In this document: piece by piece, positions 1 to 11,297 of the stretch
How the letters are laid out: every line of letters starts with the position of its first letter
Position numbering within the stretch: the stretch's first letter is position 1
From: Malacoraja senta
Lineage: Eukaryota
NCBI GenBank assembly: GCA_038087875.1
Contig: JAXLNO010001607.1
Coordinates: forward strand, 310,001-374,000
Direction: 5' to 3'
Length of the DNA: 64,000 nt
Translations under genes and position numbers: made by a program
Notes under the pieces: generated by a model
Database searches by the model: none
What the model was told of the DNA's origin: nothing
What the model saw: only the letters and a program-made list of their open reading frames with translations

Positions 1-265
1 AAACTGATCGAAATCAGATTGGACATAATGTTATTGAATGATGCAGTCTTTTCAAGGGGGCTTACAGCTGATTACTAATCTTATTTTATATAAAACATAA
101 AAATGTTCATCTCAGGAAGAGGTCCTTTGGCCCACAATGACTGTGGTGAACATGATGAGATGCTAAACTGATCCCATCCAACTGCAACATGATCCATATC
201 CCTCTATTTCCTGCAGATCAGATTGTCAATCTAACTCTCAAACATCATATACTTATCTTGCCAGA

Positions 266-445
266 GATAGACACAAAAAGCTGGAGAAACTCACCGGATC
301 AGACAGCATCTCTGGATACAAGACATAGGTGACATTTCGGGATGAGACCCTTGTTCAGACTCCAGAAATGCTGTTTGACCCACTGAGTTACTCCAGCTTT
401 TTGAGCCTATCTTCGGTTTAAACCTGCATCTGCAGTTTCTTCCTA
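266..445. repeat. Penelope-derived palindromic element with degenerate hammerhead-like motif
   Basis: gacacaaaaagctggagaaactc...cagcatctct...ggtgacatttcggg..gagaccctt..ttcag, followed by the reverse-complement arm. About 20 similar copies occur in the window. Confidence 0.7.
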
Positions 446-639
446 GTTATTTTGCCACTTCTCTTTGTCACATACTGTAACCTGCATTCCGTGTTCACAT
501 ACCTGATGGTGTAGTGGAGAAGTAATTGCCTTTGCATTTAATGCTTCACTCAGTGCTTCAAGTATTTGATGGGCCAGTCAACAAGGATCTTTGTTTTCAA
601 TACGAACCATGCTCTACACCACAGCTTACATAATATTGC

Positions 640-925
640 TTAGTTTAGTTGAGTTATAGAGCATGGATGCAGAGCCTTCAGCTCATCGAGTTGATACCAT
701 CCATCTTGCACACCAGTTCTATGTTATCCCTCTTTCACATCCTCTTTCGATACACTAGGGCAATTTTACAAAGGCCAACTCGGCTACAAACCTGCACATC
801 ATTGAGATGTGCGAGGAAACCGAAGCACCGGGAGAAATCCCACGTGCTCACAGGGAGAACATGCAAACTCCACATAGACAACATCCCAGTACCATGTCCT
901 GTGAATATTTATGGAACACGGTAAC
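640..925 (-). mobile_element. tRNA-derived HE1-like SINE (degenerate)
   Basis: (tttag)n tail and gaggaaaccgaagcaccgg core shared with better-preserved copies. Confidence 0.7.
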
Positions 926-1179
926 GTATGGGGGCTGTGTTTTCTTAACCCTACAGAGCACTGGGAACAATACTCATTATCAAAGCTGTGGTGTAATAGC
1001 TGTGGAAGTGTTTTATGTGCAACAGACCGAGAATGTCATTGTATATCCACCAGTGTCATTTCTGAATTATGAGCATTTAATAAAATAATTTTGAATGAGT
1101 TTTACCAAGACGTTAGCATGCTATATACTTGTTTTGTCATTGTTAATACTACAGACAGCTATTTACTCAATCATAAGTT

Positions 1180-1532
1180 CATAAGATTATAAGTGATAGG
1201 AACAGAATTAGGCCATTCGTCCCATCTATCATGGCTGATCTATCCTATCCTCCAAACCCCATTTTCTTGCCTTCTCCCCATAACCCCTGACACCCGTACT
1301 ATTGAAGAATCTATCTTTCTCTGCCTTAAAAAAATATCCATTGACAGCCTCCACAGCCTTCAGTGGCAGAATTCCACAGATTCACCACCCTCTGAATAAA
1401 GAAATTCCTCCTCATCTCCTTTCTAAAGGAGTGTACTTTAATTGTGAGGCTTTGCCCTCTGCTGAGATGCTCCCACTAGTGGAAACATCCTCTCAACATC
1501 CACTCTATCCAGCCCTTTCACTATTTGGTAAC
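1180..1532 (-). mobile_element. CR1/HER1-type LINE 3' fragment (continues at 5336-5410 after the Gypsy insertion)
   Basis: Same 3' region as other CR1 copies (ccattcg..ccatc..atcatggctgatct...ccacagccttc...ccactctatcc); resumes gtaagtttcaatgag...ctaaactccagc. Confidence 0.8.
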
Positions 1533-1747
1533 TGTAGATGGTTTATGCATGCAACCAATAATATAGCTACCTCAGTACTACTAACCACGCCTTAGTTATC
1601 AAGTATAAGAACTCTCTGTCCCTCTTGCTCCTCCCTGGTTCAAGCATGATGACAGACTGGGTGCAGTCAGTGCTGGAAAGTGTTTAACCTGTGTTATCAT
1701 TAAACGTTAAGTAAAGCTACAAGTGAGTCAGACTTAACATCTTTACA
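1533..1747 (+). repeat. 5' LTR of Gypsy element
   Basis: tgtagatgg...ctttaca; direct repeat of 5121-5335; followed by the PBS. Confidence 0.95.
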
Positions 1748-1838
1748 TGGTGTCAGCAAGTTAAAACGCGCGCCTCCTGTTTATCGTTTTTTTATTTCTT
1801 TGAAAGTGTTGCTTTATCGGAGTTTTGTACCTTTTGCC

Positions 1839-2518
1839 ATGGCATCCTCGTGCCGCAAACCCTTGCCCCTAGTCTTTGATGCTGACATAGCTGAACGCTG
1901 GGCGACTTTTGAAATGGACTTCACACATTACATTAATATCGTTCATCGCAACGATCCTGACATTGTTAAAGCTTCTCTCCTACTGAACCTTGCTAGTCCC
2001 GATGCCATGAGGAGAGCACGAGCCTTCGCCTATGATCCCGCGGTCCGTAATGAAAACGATCGGGTTCAAGTACCTGTGGAGTCTGCCAACGATCCGGTAT
2101 GTCTATTGCGAAAGTTTGCAGAAATTTGCGACTTGCCCTCTAATCGCATTTTAGAGCGAGCCAAGTTTTTTACGAGAAAGCAACAGCCTGATGAACCTGT
2201 TGAATGCATTATTGCGGATCTGCGCTATCTCGCCCAGAGGTGTCGATTTGAAAACATGACTGACCAGCTTACCAGGGACATTCTAGTGACAGGTATGCTG
2301 GATCAGAAATTGCGATCGGAGCTATTGAGAAGGCCGGATCTTACTCTGACCGACGCAATGCATGCATGCAGGTTGGCTGAAGTCGTTGACCCGTTGTTCG
2401 GACAAAGGGACGCTGTTGGTCGATCGGTCAACTTAACTGGTCTCAACAGACCGCGTCCTAAAATAGACAACTCTAGACCCGCGCTGCGGGCAGGCTACGT
2501 CCCCGGAGGACGGGTTGC
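1839..2518 (+). CDS. gag: Gypsy Gag (capsid-like), C-terminally truncated at the deletion junction
   Basis: ERWATFEMDF...KASLLLNL...LERAKFFTRKQQPDE...DLRYLAQRCRF...RDILVTGM, a pattern typical of Gypsy Gag; no zinc knuckle before the junction. Confidence 0.8.
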
Positions 2519-2560
2519 CGTCTGTCGGGCCACCCATGCTTGATGATGGCTGCCAGCTGC

Positions 2561-5070
2561 AGTGCCTGGTCGAGCACACCGCCGCTGACCCTGCTTTGCA
2601 GCAGCTGGCAGCCATCATCAAGCGTGGGTGGCCCGACAGACGCACCAATTTGCCATCGGGTGCCCAACCGTTCTTCCTTGTCCGCGATGAGCTGGTGATC
2701 CAGGATGGGGTTATCGTCAAAGGCCACAAGGTCGTGGTCCCAGCCTCTCTGTACGATCTATACTACAACGCAGCCCACAACGGTCATCCTGGGGTCGAGG
2801 CCACTGTTTCTCATGCCCAGGGACAATTCTACTGGCCTAGCATTAGCAATGTTACAAAATTTTGAGATTTAAAAAATAAAGTCTGCAATTTATCCCATCA
2901 GATAAAGCATAAAAAGAAGTTTAATTTGACACTTAATTCACTTTCATATCTTCAGTATTAAAAAAGTTATGGCCATTATCATACTCAGAAATTAGCATCT
3001 AGTTCCCTATTGCTTTTCCATTGACTTAACACAAAAGCTGTGATCGAGGACAGTTAAAAGCCCATAACTTTCTTAAAAATTATGGTAACTGAAAGAAATT
3101 TTCAGGTATTATAGATTGAAGCATTCTGAAACAAATATGAAACAATCTTACTTCGAAGACATGAAAGTAAAGCATATAATTAGTTAGTTACCTAATTGTA
3201 GCTAATTACAAAATTCAATTACTAGATCTAAACATCTATCAATTTCTTAAGAATAGATTAACATTTTTAAATAGCCTAAGTGTCCAAATAACATTCACAC
3301 AATAATTCACAAAATAATATAATTTTTAAATCTAATTTTCATGAATTTACAGGCCAAATGGAAGGAATTGAATGTTTAATACCTGTAAATTAATGGGGAA
3401 TTAATTCATCTTGCGAGTGAGGATGACTGGAACGCGATCTTTTGGAACGTTCATTTGCGGTGAATTTAACCCCGTATTGGCATGAAAAATACTGCCGTTA
3501 ATTCGGGGAATAAAATCACCGTGTCGCATGAAAAATTGTGAATTAAAGGCTTCTTAAGAAGCACTTTTATACATTTAAAGAAAGCACTTTCGTTTACCTG
3601 TCCATTGTGTGAAATCCGTCCCCGTTATCGGCGTTGACGCTTCAGGAGCTGCTTTTAAAATGACTGTAGCGCTGACATTGACGATTTAGTAAAAATAAAA
3701 AATTCACAAATCGCCACTAGGAACGATTTTGTCAGCCAACGCTTGTACTCCAACAAAATATTCCCAGGACAAGGTAGGAGAAACCGCGTTTTAACCCCGC
3801 CCCCCCTTAAAGGCGCCAAAATCGCGCACACGGCCAGTGGCAGAATTACAGCGCGACTGAAGGTACGTTTTGTAACATACCTACTAGCATGGCCAAATAC
3901 ATCAGGAACCGTGTGTCCTCTTGTGCCTCCTGCAACAACCTTACCCCACACCAGCAGCAGCAGCCCCTTTTGCAGCAGCCGGCGCCGGCCATGCCCTGGA
4001 CATCGCTGGCTGCCGATATATTCGAATGGCGGGGGAAGCAGTTTCTCATCCTGGTGGACTCATACTCCAACTGGTTCGAGGTGGACCTCCTTCCGTCCGT
4101 CACCTCCGGGATGGTCATCGCCAAAATGCAGGAGCATTTCGCCGCCCACGGTGTCCCTGTCCGTTTGCAGACCGACAATGGACAGCAATTCACAAGTGCC
4201 GAATTCAAAGCTTTCGCTGCGAGGTGGAACTTCCATCACTACACCAGCAGCCCTGAGTACCCTCAGAGTAACGGCCTGGCCGAACGGGCCGTGCGGAGTG
4301 CTAAGGGCCTGATGGAGCAGTCCCGCCTGTCTAACTGCGATTTCTACCTGGGCTTACTAAACCTACGTAACGTCTCACGGGACCCGGCTATGGGTTCCCC
4401 TGCCCAGCGTCTGATGTCAAGGGTTACAAGACCACCTATGCCAATCGTCCAGCAGTCCCTGCTACCGAAAGTGCTCAATCCTGCCACTGTCCAACAACGG
4501 ATCGATCAGAAACATGAAGTTCAACGACGGTCCCACGACAGGTCCTGCCGCCCTCTACTGCCTCTACTACCCTGGCAGGTCGTTCGGATGCGGACCACCA
4601 CCGGCTATTCCCGCCTCGCGACTGTGATTGGTGTGGACGACTCTCCAAGATCCTACCTGGTGGATTACGAGGGGACTACCTATCGACGGAGCCGTCAACA
4701 CCTGTTGGCTGTGAACGAGCCGAAGCTTCTTCCTGTGGCTCCTTATGCTCCTCCGTTGCGGTTCCTACCTGCTGCTGCTGATCGCCCTGCTGCTCCATGC
4801 ATGCCCCAGTCCCCTCGCTTATTGCGGTCTCCTTCTCCGTTGCCTCCTGGTTTTGGCCGGGCAGTTTCACCTCCTGCACGTCCTCCCCCTCCTGTCTCTC
4901 CCGCTCCGACTGCATCTCCCCCTCCCTTAACATTCTTGCTTGCCTCCGCTACGCCTTCTCTTCTTTCCGATGGGGGGGGGGGGGAGGTGCTGTACGTACG
5001 CGTTTGGGTCGCATTGTTAAGCCGCCTGTCCGCTACGGCGACTTTGTCTAAACTCGCATGTTTATTGTAA
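2561..5070 (+). pseudogene. Gypsy integrase region, split by a DNA-transposon insertion (2844-3883)
   Basis: GWP...RDEL...G..V motif, HHCC (HNGH...CASC) and rve core AADIF...TDNG...SNGLAER. Removing the insertion plus one TSD copy restores YWPSMAKYIRNRVSSCASC in frame. Confidence 0.92.
2844..3883. mobile_element. 1,040-bp non-autonomous TIR DNA transposon with 7-bp TSD
   Basis: Left end TAGCAATGTTACAAAAT, right end (rc) TAGGTATGTTACAAAAC (14/17). TSD CTAGCAT at 2837-2843 and 3884-3890. AT-rich interior with no transposase ORF. Confidence 0.9.
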
Positions 5071-5120
5071 TGACACTGTCCCAATTGCCTCCATGTGTAT
5101 TTGATTTCTAAGGGGAAGGA

Positions 5121-5335
5121 TGTAGATGGTTTATGCATGCAACCAATAATATAGCTACCTCAGTACTACTAACCACGCCTTAGTTATCAAGTATAAGAAC
5201 TCTCTCTCCCTCTTGCTCCTCCCTGGTTCCATCATGATGACAGACTGGGTGCAGTATGTGCTGGAAAGTGTTTAACCTGTGTTATCATTAAACGTTAAGT
5301 AAAGCTACAAGTGAGTCAGACTTAACATCTTTACA
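5121..5335 (+). repeat. 3' LTR of Gypsy element
   Basis: Preceded by the PPT; 210/215 identical to the 5' LTR. Confidence 0.95.
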
Positions 5336-6557
5336 GTAAGTTTCAATGAGATCTCCCTCATCCTTCTAAACTCCAGCGAGTAGAGGCCTAGTGCCGTCAA
5401 ACGCTCATCAGAACGGAATAACAACAACTTTACTCTTCATATAACCAATTGTGAAAATTCACACCTCCACATTCAGGGGCAGTCTCTTCCCAATTGTTAT
5501 CAGGCAACTGAAACCATCCTACCAACAACCAGGGTGCAGTCTTGAACTACTGTCTCCTGCATTGGAGATCATCGGACAATCTTTGATCGGACTTTACTGC
5601 CTTTATCTTGCACTAAACGTTATTCACGTTATTCCCTTTATCATATATCTGTACACTATGGATGGCTCGATTGTAATCATGTATTGTCTTTCCACTGACT
5701 GGTTAGCACATTTAGTTTATTTAGTTTAGAGATACAGGGCGGAAACAGGGTCCGCACCAATTCCCGCACACTAACACTATCCTACACACACTTGGAACAG
5801 GTTTACATTTATACCAACCCAATTAACCTGCATACCCATAGTCAAGATCAAACCCGGCTGTGTGGCACTTAAGGCAGCAACTCCAGTGCTGCATCACCAT
5901 GCTGTCCTTATTGTTGTAGGATGTGCAGGGAATGGAGGTATATTATGTGCCGGCAGATAGGAGTTGGTCTTGGCATCATGTTCAACACAGACATTGTGGG
6001 CCAAAGGGCCTGTTCCTGTGCTATACTGATCTATTGTGGTGATTGTGAAAACACATAATAATTACTTGTTTGCTGATATCTTAAGTGTATTTACTAGGTA
6101 CATTAAATATTCAGACAAAACTAAATTCCATTCCCGAGTCATTTAATTCCCACACCCCATTCAGCGTGAAGCATCAACTTTCTTGAGGTAATGATATATT
6201 TATTTGCTGTTAATATTTAACTGTGAGTTTAATGTTACACCAAATGGCAATTGGCTTGTTTCCATCAGTGTTTGCAATCTGGGTGACCCTGAATTTATTG
6301 CTTAGGTGTGAGATTCCTCGCAAGGACTGAGATGAGGCAGAAACTTGACTGTTACAGACTTTTTGGAGGGGTTTGCAAGATTTTGACCCAACACCTCCGA
6401 AGGCAAGACAATATATTTACATGCAGCATCAAACACACCTCAGACAGTGTCATCAAGGCATTCATCACTGTCTGTGAAAAAACATGCCCTGCACATTTCC
6501 TTTAAACTCTCATCTTAAAGCTATGCCCTCTTGTATTCAATGTTTTCATCCATGTTA

Positions 6558-6875
6558 AGTTTAGTTTATTTTAGTTTAGAGATACAGCGCGGAAACAGGC
6601 CCTTCGTCCCACCGAGTCCGCACCGACTAGTGATCCCTGGGAATTAGCACTACCCTACACACACTAGGGATGATTTACACATACACCAAGCCAATTAATC
6701 TACATACCTGTACATCTTTGGAGTGTGGGAGGAAACCGAAGATCTTGGAGAAAACCCATGCTGTCACGGAGAGAACGTACAAACTCCTTACAGACAGCAC
6801 CCGTGGTCGGGATGGAACCTGGGTCTCCCACGCTGCAAGCGCTGTAAAGCAGCAACTCTACCGCTGCGCCACAGT
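6558..6875 (-). mobile_element. tRNA-derived HE1-like SINE
   Basis: Reverse complement has A box tggcgcagcgg, B-box-like ggttccatcc, central core and (taaac)n tail. The 3' end gggcctgtttccgcgctgt is shared with the CR1 3' tail. A shorter copy lies at 5710-5905. Confidence 0.85.
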
Positions 6876-7493
6876 GACTGCCCCTGTTCTGACTATCTAT
6901 CCTATCTATACTTCTCATAGTTTTATGTACTTCTATCAGGTGTCCCATCAAACTCCGGCATTCTAGCGGAAGCAATCCATGTCTGTCCATATGTTTCATG
7001 TAGCCAACACACCCTAGTCAAGGCATCATTCTTGTAAACCTCTGCACCCTTTCCAATGCCTCTACATCCTTTATGTAATGGGTCAACAAAAACTGCACAT
7101 AATACTCCAAATGTGGACTACCCAAAGCCCTATAAAACTGTATTATGACTTCCTGTCTCTAGAAACCCAAGATTCAACCCCAAGATCTCTCTGTAGATTA
7201 ATGCTGTTAAGGGTCTTGACAATAACTGTATACTTTTCCTTTACATTCGACCACTCAAAGTGTAACATACTTGCTCAAAATGAACTCCATTTGCAATTTT
7301 TCTGCCCATTTCTGTATCTGATGTATTTCCCATTGTACACTACAGCCTTCTTCACTGTTCGCAACTCCATCAATGTTGGTGGCGCCTGCAAACTAACTAA
7401 CCAACCCAACCACTGGGTGGCGCCAGCAATGGCTGCCTCGCCAACAGTCTGTCTTTCCCTTCCTTCTTTGTGTTTTAACAGTTTGTGTTAAAC

Positions 7494-7600
7494 CAGGGGT
7501 TGGCAACCTACGGCCCACGGGCCGGATCCGGGCTGTAAGCCGAAATCATCCGACCCGCAGGCGTAACACAAAACACACACAACACTTATCCGAGAGTAGT
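7494..7600 (+). mobile_element. hAT (Charlie-type) MITE left end
   Basis: CAGGGGTTGGCAACCTACGGCCC..GGGCCGGATCC terminus; the right end was not found. Confidence 0.55.
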
Positions 7601-7654
7601 TCTCACACACACACACACACAGCCAATTCCATATCACAACACCTGTCGACTCAA

Positions 7655-7968
7655 GGGCCTGTCCCACTGTACGAGCTAATTCAAGAGTTCTCCTGAGTTT
7701 CCCCTGATTCGAACTCAGAGAATAACGGTAATAGCCGCTCGTAGGTACTCGGGGCTCTCGTGGACATTTTTCAACATGTTTAAAAACCTTCATGAGTCTT
7801 CACGAGCTTACCGCGTTTCCCGAGTACCTGCCGTTAGCGTTACGAGCCGCTAAGAGACGTCCCGAGATCCGACGTACCCGCTATGTACATTCTACGTACT
7901 TACCACGAGTTTGATTTTATTTAAACTCGGGAGAGCTCTTGAATTACCTCGTACAGTGGGACAGGCCC
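7655..7968. mobile_element. About 315-bp MITE (GGGCCTGTCCCACT TIRs; Kolobok- or Harbinger-type)
   Basis: TIR gggcctgtcccactgtacgag / ctcgtacagtgggacaggccc; flanks TCAA and TTAA; a second copy in inverted orientation lies at 21291-21597. Confidence 0.85.
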
Positions 7969-7974
7969 TTAAAT

Positions 7975-8180
7975 CTCTCTCTCCGTCCCTACCCTCCCAC
8001 CCCCTCTTCCATCCTTCCAACCACCCGGAGTGAAAGCGCCCCCCACCTCGGTGCTGCGGCTTGTGTGAAACTGCAGCGGGATGAGAGCGGCTTCGACAAG
8101 GCGGTGCTGGAGCGGTTTCTTCGGGAGCCCAGCGGTGGACGGGCTGGAGGAAAACAAAGCATCAGCGGGGTCAGTGAGTA
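7975..8180 (+). promoter_or_regulatory. GC/CpG-rich unique segment ending in a consensus splice donor; possible 5' non-coding first exon or promoter
   Basis: CpG-dense, not recognisably repeat-derived; GTGAGT donor at 8174; GTGAAA(G/C) IRF-like half-sites. Confidence 0.3.
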
Positions 8181-8349
8181 ATTCCGCTCCGGCCACAGTG
8201 TTGCACTTTAGTCGTATTTGTCGCAGGGGTAATTGTCTTTTTGTTACAATTTTATAAAACTATAATGAATTAATTATTAACTATGGTGACAGATGTGGCC
8301 CGCCATCCACTCACAGACATGGGTCCTGCCTCATTTGCAGAACAAGGAT

Positions 8350-8900
8350 GCTGACCCATGTGTTAAATGTATGTTTTCAGTGTTCTTTAGCTTGTTTTAC
8401 GTGGGGTGGGGTCGGGTGGGGGGGTTGGGGGAAACCTTTTCTAATATCTAACCTCGATGGAGATGCGATTTTTTTCTGTATTGTATCTCGGTCCGCACTG
8501 CGGCCTAATATCCAGGAGTTGGCATCCTTTGGTGGAGACTCCATCGCGGGAGCCTGCGGAGTTACCATCACGGAGCTCATGATCCCTTTGCCAGGGATCG
8601 ACCTCGGAACTCCAACCGTGGGTACTTGCGAACTTAACATCACGGAGCTCACGGTCTCTGGTCAGAGACCGGCCGCAGGTGCTTTGACCACCCCAACACA
8701 GGAGCTTCAATCGCCCTGACACAGGTGCTTCAACCGCCCGCTGCAGGAGCTTCGATCACCCCGACGATGGTTCTACTGCCCCGACCGCGGGAGAATAAAA
8801 AGAAAGAAGATTGGACTTTGTTGCCTTCCATCACAGTGAGGAATGTGGGAATCTGCCGTGGTGGATGTTTATGTTAACTTTTATGTCATTGTGTCTTGTT
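8350..8900 (+). mobile_element. Unclassified retroposon 3' region (same family inverted at about 39000-39720 and 36330-36650)
   Basis: gggaaac.ttt.ctaat...ctcga...ttttctgtat..tatctc.gtcc.ca.tgcggcctaa and gccttc.atcacagtgaggaa are shared with the reverse complement of 39150-39560. Confidence 0.65.
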
Positions 8901-10749
8901 GCTTGTCTTGGGCCAGGGGTGGGATCCAGTACAGGCAAGGCCAACAACTTTAATTACACATGGATACAAAATCAAAATAAGAATGCAAGGAAACAACAAG
9001 AGTCCAATCAGAACATAGAAACAAAATGCTGGAGTAACTCGTCGGGACAGGCAGCATCTCTGAAGAGAAGGAATGGGTGACATTTTGGGTCGAAACCCTT
9101 CTTCAGGCTGATGTCGGGAATGGGAGGTCGATAGATAAGGAAGTGTATAGATAAGGATGTGTAAGATGTGAAAACAGGACAAAGGGAATGGAGATCAAGG
9201 AAAATGTAGCAGCAAAGGAAAGAGAGATAAAGAAGGGAAACTCTCAGAAAAGATTGACAAGGGGGGGATCTGCTACATAGTGAGAAGCTGGGGTAAATAT
9301 AACACCTTTATTGAACAGCAAGCAGCTTCGATAAACAAATAGGTAACAAGCCAACAGATGGTTACACTGATAAAGTTATACCAACAAGGGTGTTTGCAGG
9401 TTAAAGTGCAACATAAACTCTTGCCTTGAAGTATGATACTGTTTGGTTGGTTTCAGTGTGCGTACACAATGAGATTCTTTACAATGTAAATCAGAATATG
9501 AAAAACTGAGAAAAAAGTAAAATATATAGATTCATTCTTGTAAAACCTTTCACAACATTTCAAAAACATTTAGAACCACTGAGTATTTCTTGAAATGTAA
9601 ACACTATTGAATGAATAAACAAAGAACATTGAGCAGGATGACACAGGGATAAGCCCTAGCATCACAACGTCTGTGCTGGCTATGTTGCCATTACAAACTA
9701 ATCCCATCTTCCTGCACATGGTCTATCCGGACTGAAGAAGGGTCTCGACCCAAAACATCACCAGTCCTCCTCTCCTGAGATGCTGCCTTTCCCACTGAGT
9801 TACTCAAGATTTTTGTGTCTACCTTTGGTTTAAACCAGCATCTGCTGTTCCTTTCCACACACCCCTTCATTTCCTCTCTGTTCACATGTCACGACCCAAG
9901 AGAGACAAGAGAGTTAAGCTTCTTTAATGAAATGTCTAATTAAATGTTCCAACAACAGAACAATTACATTATTACATGCAGCAGCCTAACAGGCCCATAA
10001 ACAGAGTATAAATTGATAAAAAAATATATTAATATTTAAAAAAATAAAACTGTGTGGCGCGACAGTCAAAATCAATTTATTAGTTAACATAAAACATAGA
10101 GCAGTACCACATACATGCCTGTTTAAATGCCTTTAAACATTGCTATCATATCTGTTTCCACTACTTCCTCTGACAGCACGCTCCAAGCACCCACCACTCT
10201 CTGTGTAAAACATCCTTTAAGATTTACTCCTCTCTACTCTGTGTCTCTCATAATTATATATACTTCCATCAGGTGTCCCCAACCCCCCTCATATTCCAAC
10301 TCCACAAGAGCAAATGATCTAAGTTTGTCCAACCTGTCCTCACAGCTGACACTCTCAAACACTGCTTTCAATTTTCATTCAAAGGGAAATGTGATGAGCG
10401 ACAGATGATCTGTGTTCTTCGGTGGTATCAACTGCAAGATAAATATCAATGAGGATTCTGGGATTAACCTGTATTCCTTAAATAACGTTTTGGGATTATT
10501 TTTTAGAGGGCTGAAATATATATCAGGCCATTCAGCCCACCGAATCCACACCAGTCATTGACCATCCGTTCACACCAGTTCAGTGTTATCACATTTATGC
10601 ATCACATTTTGACTTCACGGAGGCCGATTAAGCAACAAGCCAGCATGTGGTGTACGAGGAAGCTGGAGCACCTGGAGGTAGCCAGCGCAGTCACAGGGGG
10701 AAGGTGCAAACTCCACACGGACAGTACTTGAGGGCAGGAACAAGGCCAG

Positions 10750-11297
10750 GTCATAAGGAATGGGTGTAGAATTAGGCCATTCGGCCCATCTAGTCCACTC
10801 CACCATTCAATCATTACTGATCTATCTCTCCCTCCTCACCCCAATTCTCCTGCCTTCTCCCCATAACCTCGGACACTTGTACCAATCAAGAATCTATCTA
10901 TCTCTGACTTTAAAATATCCACTGACGGCCTCCACAGCCTTCTGTGGCAACACATTCCATGGATTTGTCACCCTCTGCCTTAAGAAATTTCTCCTCATCT
11001 TCCTAAAAAAATGTCCTTCAATTCTGAGGCTATGACCTCTAGTCCTAGACTCTCTCACTAGTGGATACATCCTCTCCACATCCACTCTATCCAAACCATT
11101 CACTATTCTGTAGGTTTTAATGAGGTCTCCCCTCATTCTTCTAAACTCCAAAGAGTACAGGCCCAGTGCTAACAAATGTTCATGATAGGTTAACCTACTC
11201 ATTTCTGGGATCAATTTTGTAAACCTCCTCTGGACCCTCTCCAGAGCCAGCACATCCTTTCTCAGATATAGTGCCCAAAATTGCTCACAATATTCTC
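10750..11297 (-). mobile_element. CR1 LINE 3' fragment
   Basis: ORF 10894-11385(-) has [29 protein letters not shown]...LRIEG, the CR1 ORF2 C-terminus. Confidence 0.88.

Larger units (their letters stand above)
1533..5335 (+). mobile_element. Ty3/Gypsy LTR retrotransposon, internally deleted (gag + integrase; no protease/RT/RNase H)
   Basis: Two 215-bp TG...CA LTRs with 5 differences; PBS TGGTGTCAG at 1748-1756 (matches a tRNA-Leu 3' end); PPT AAGGGGAAGGA at 5110-5120; 5-bp TSD GTAAC/GTAAG; inserted into a CR1 fragment. Confidence 0.95.

Noticed and set aside
4730-5070. Proline-rich protein ORFs on both strands
   Set aside because: Low-complexity C-terminal tail of the Gypsy pol region just before the PPT.
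8305-8352. Possible pre-miRNA hairpin (catgggtc...gacccatg)
   Set aside because: Only about 9 bp pair and the rest of the stem does not, which is too short for a Drosha substrate.
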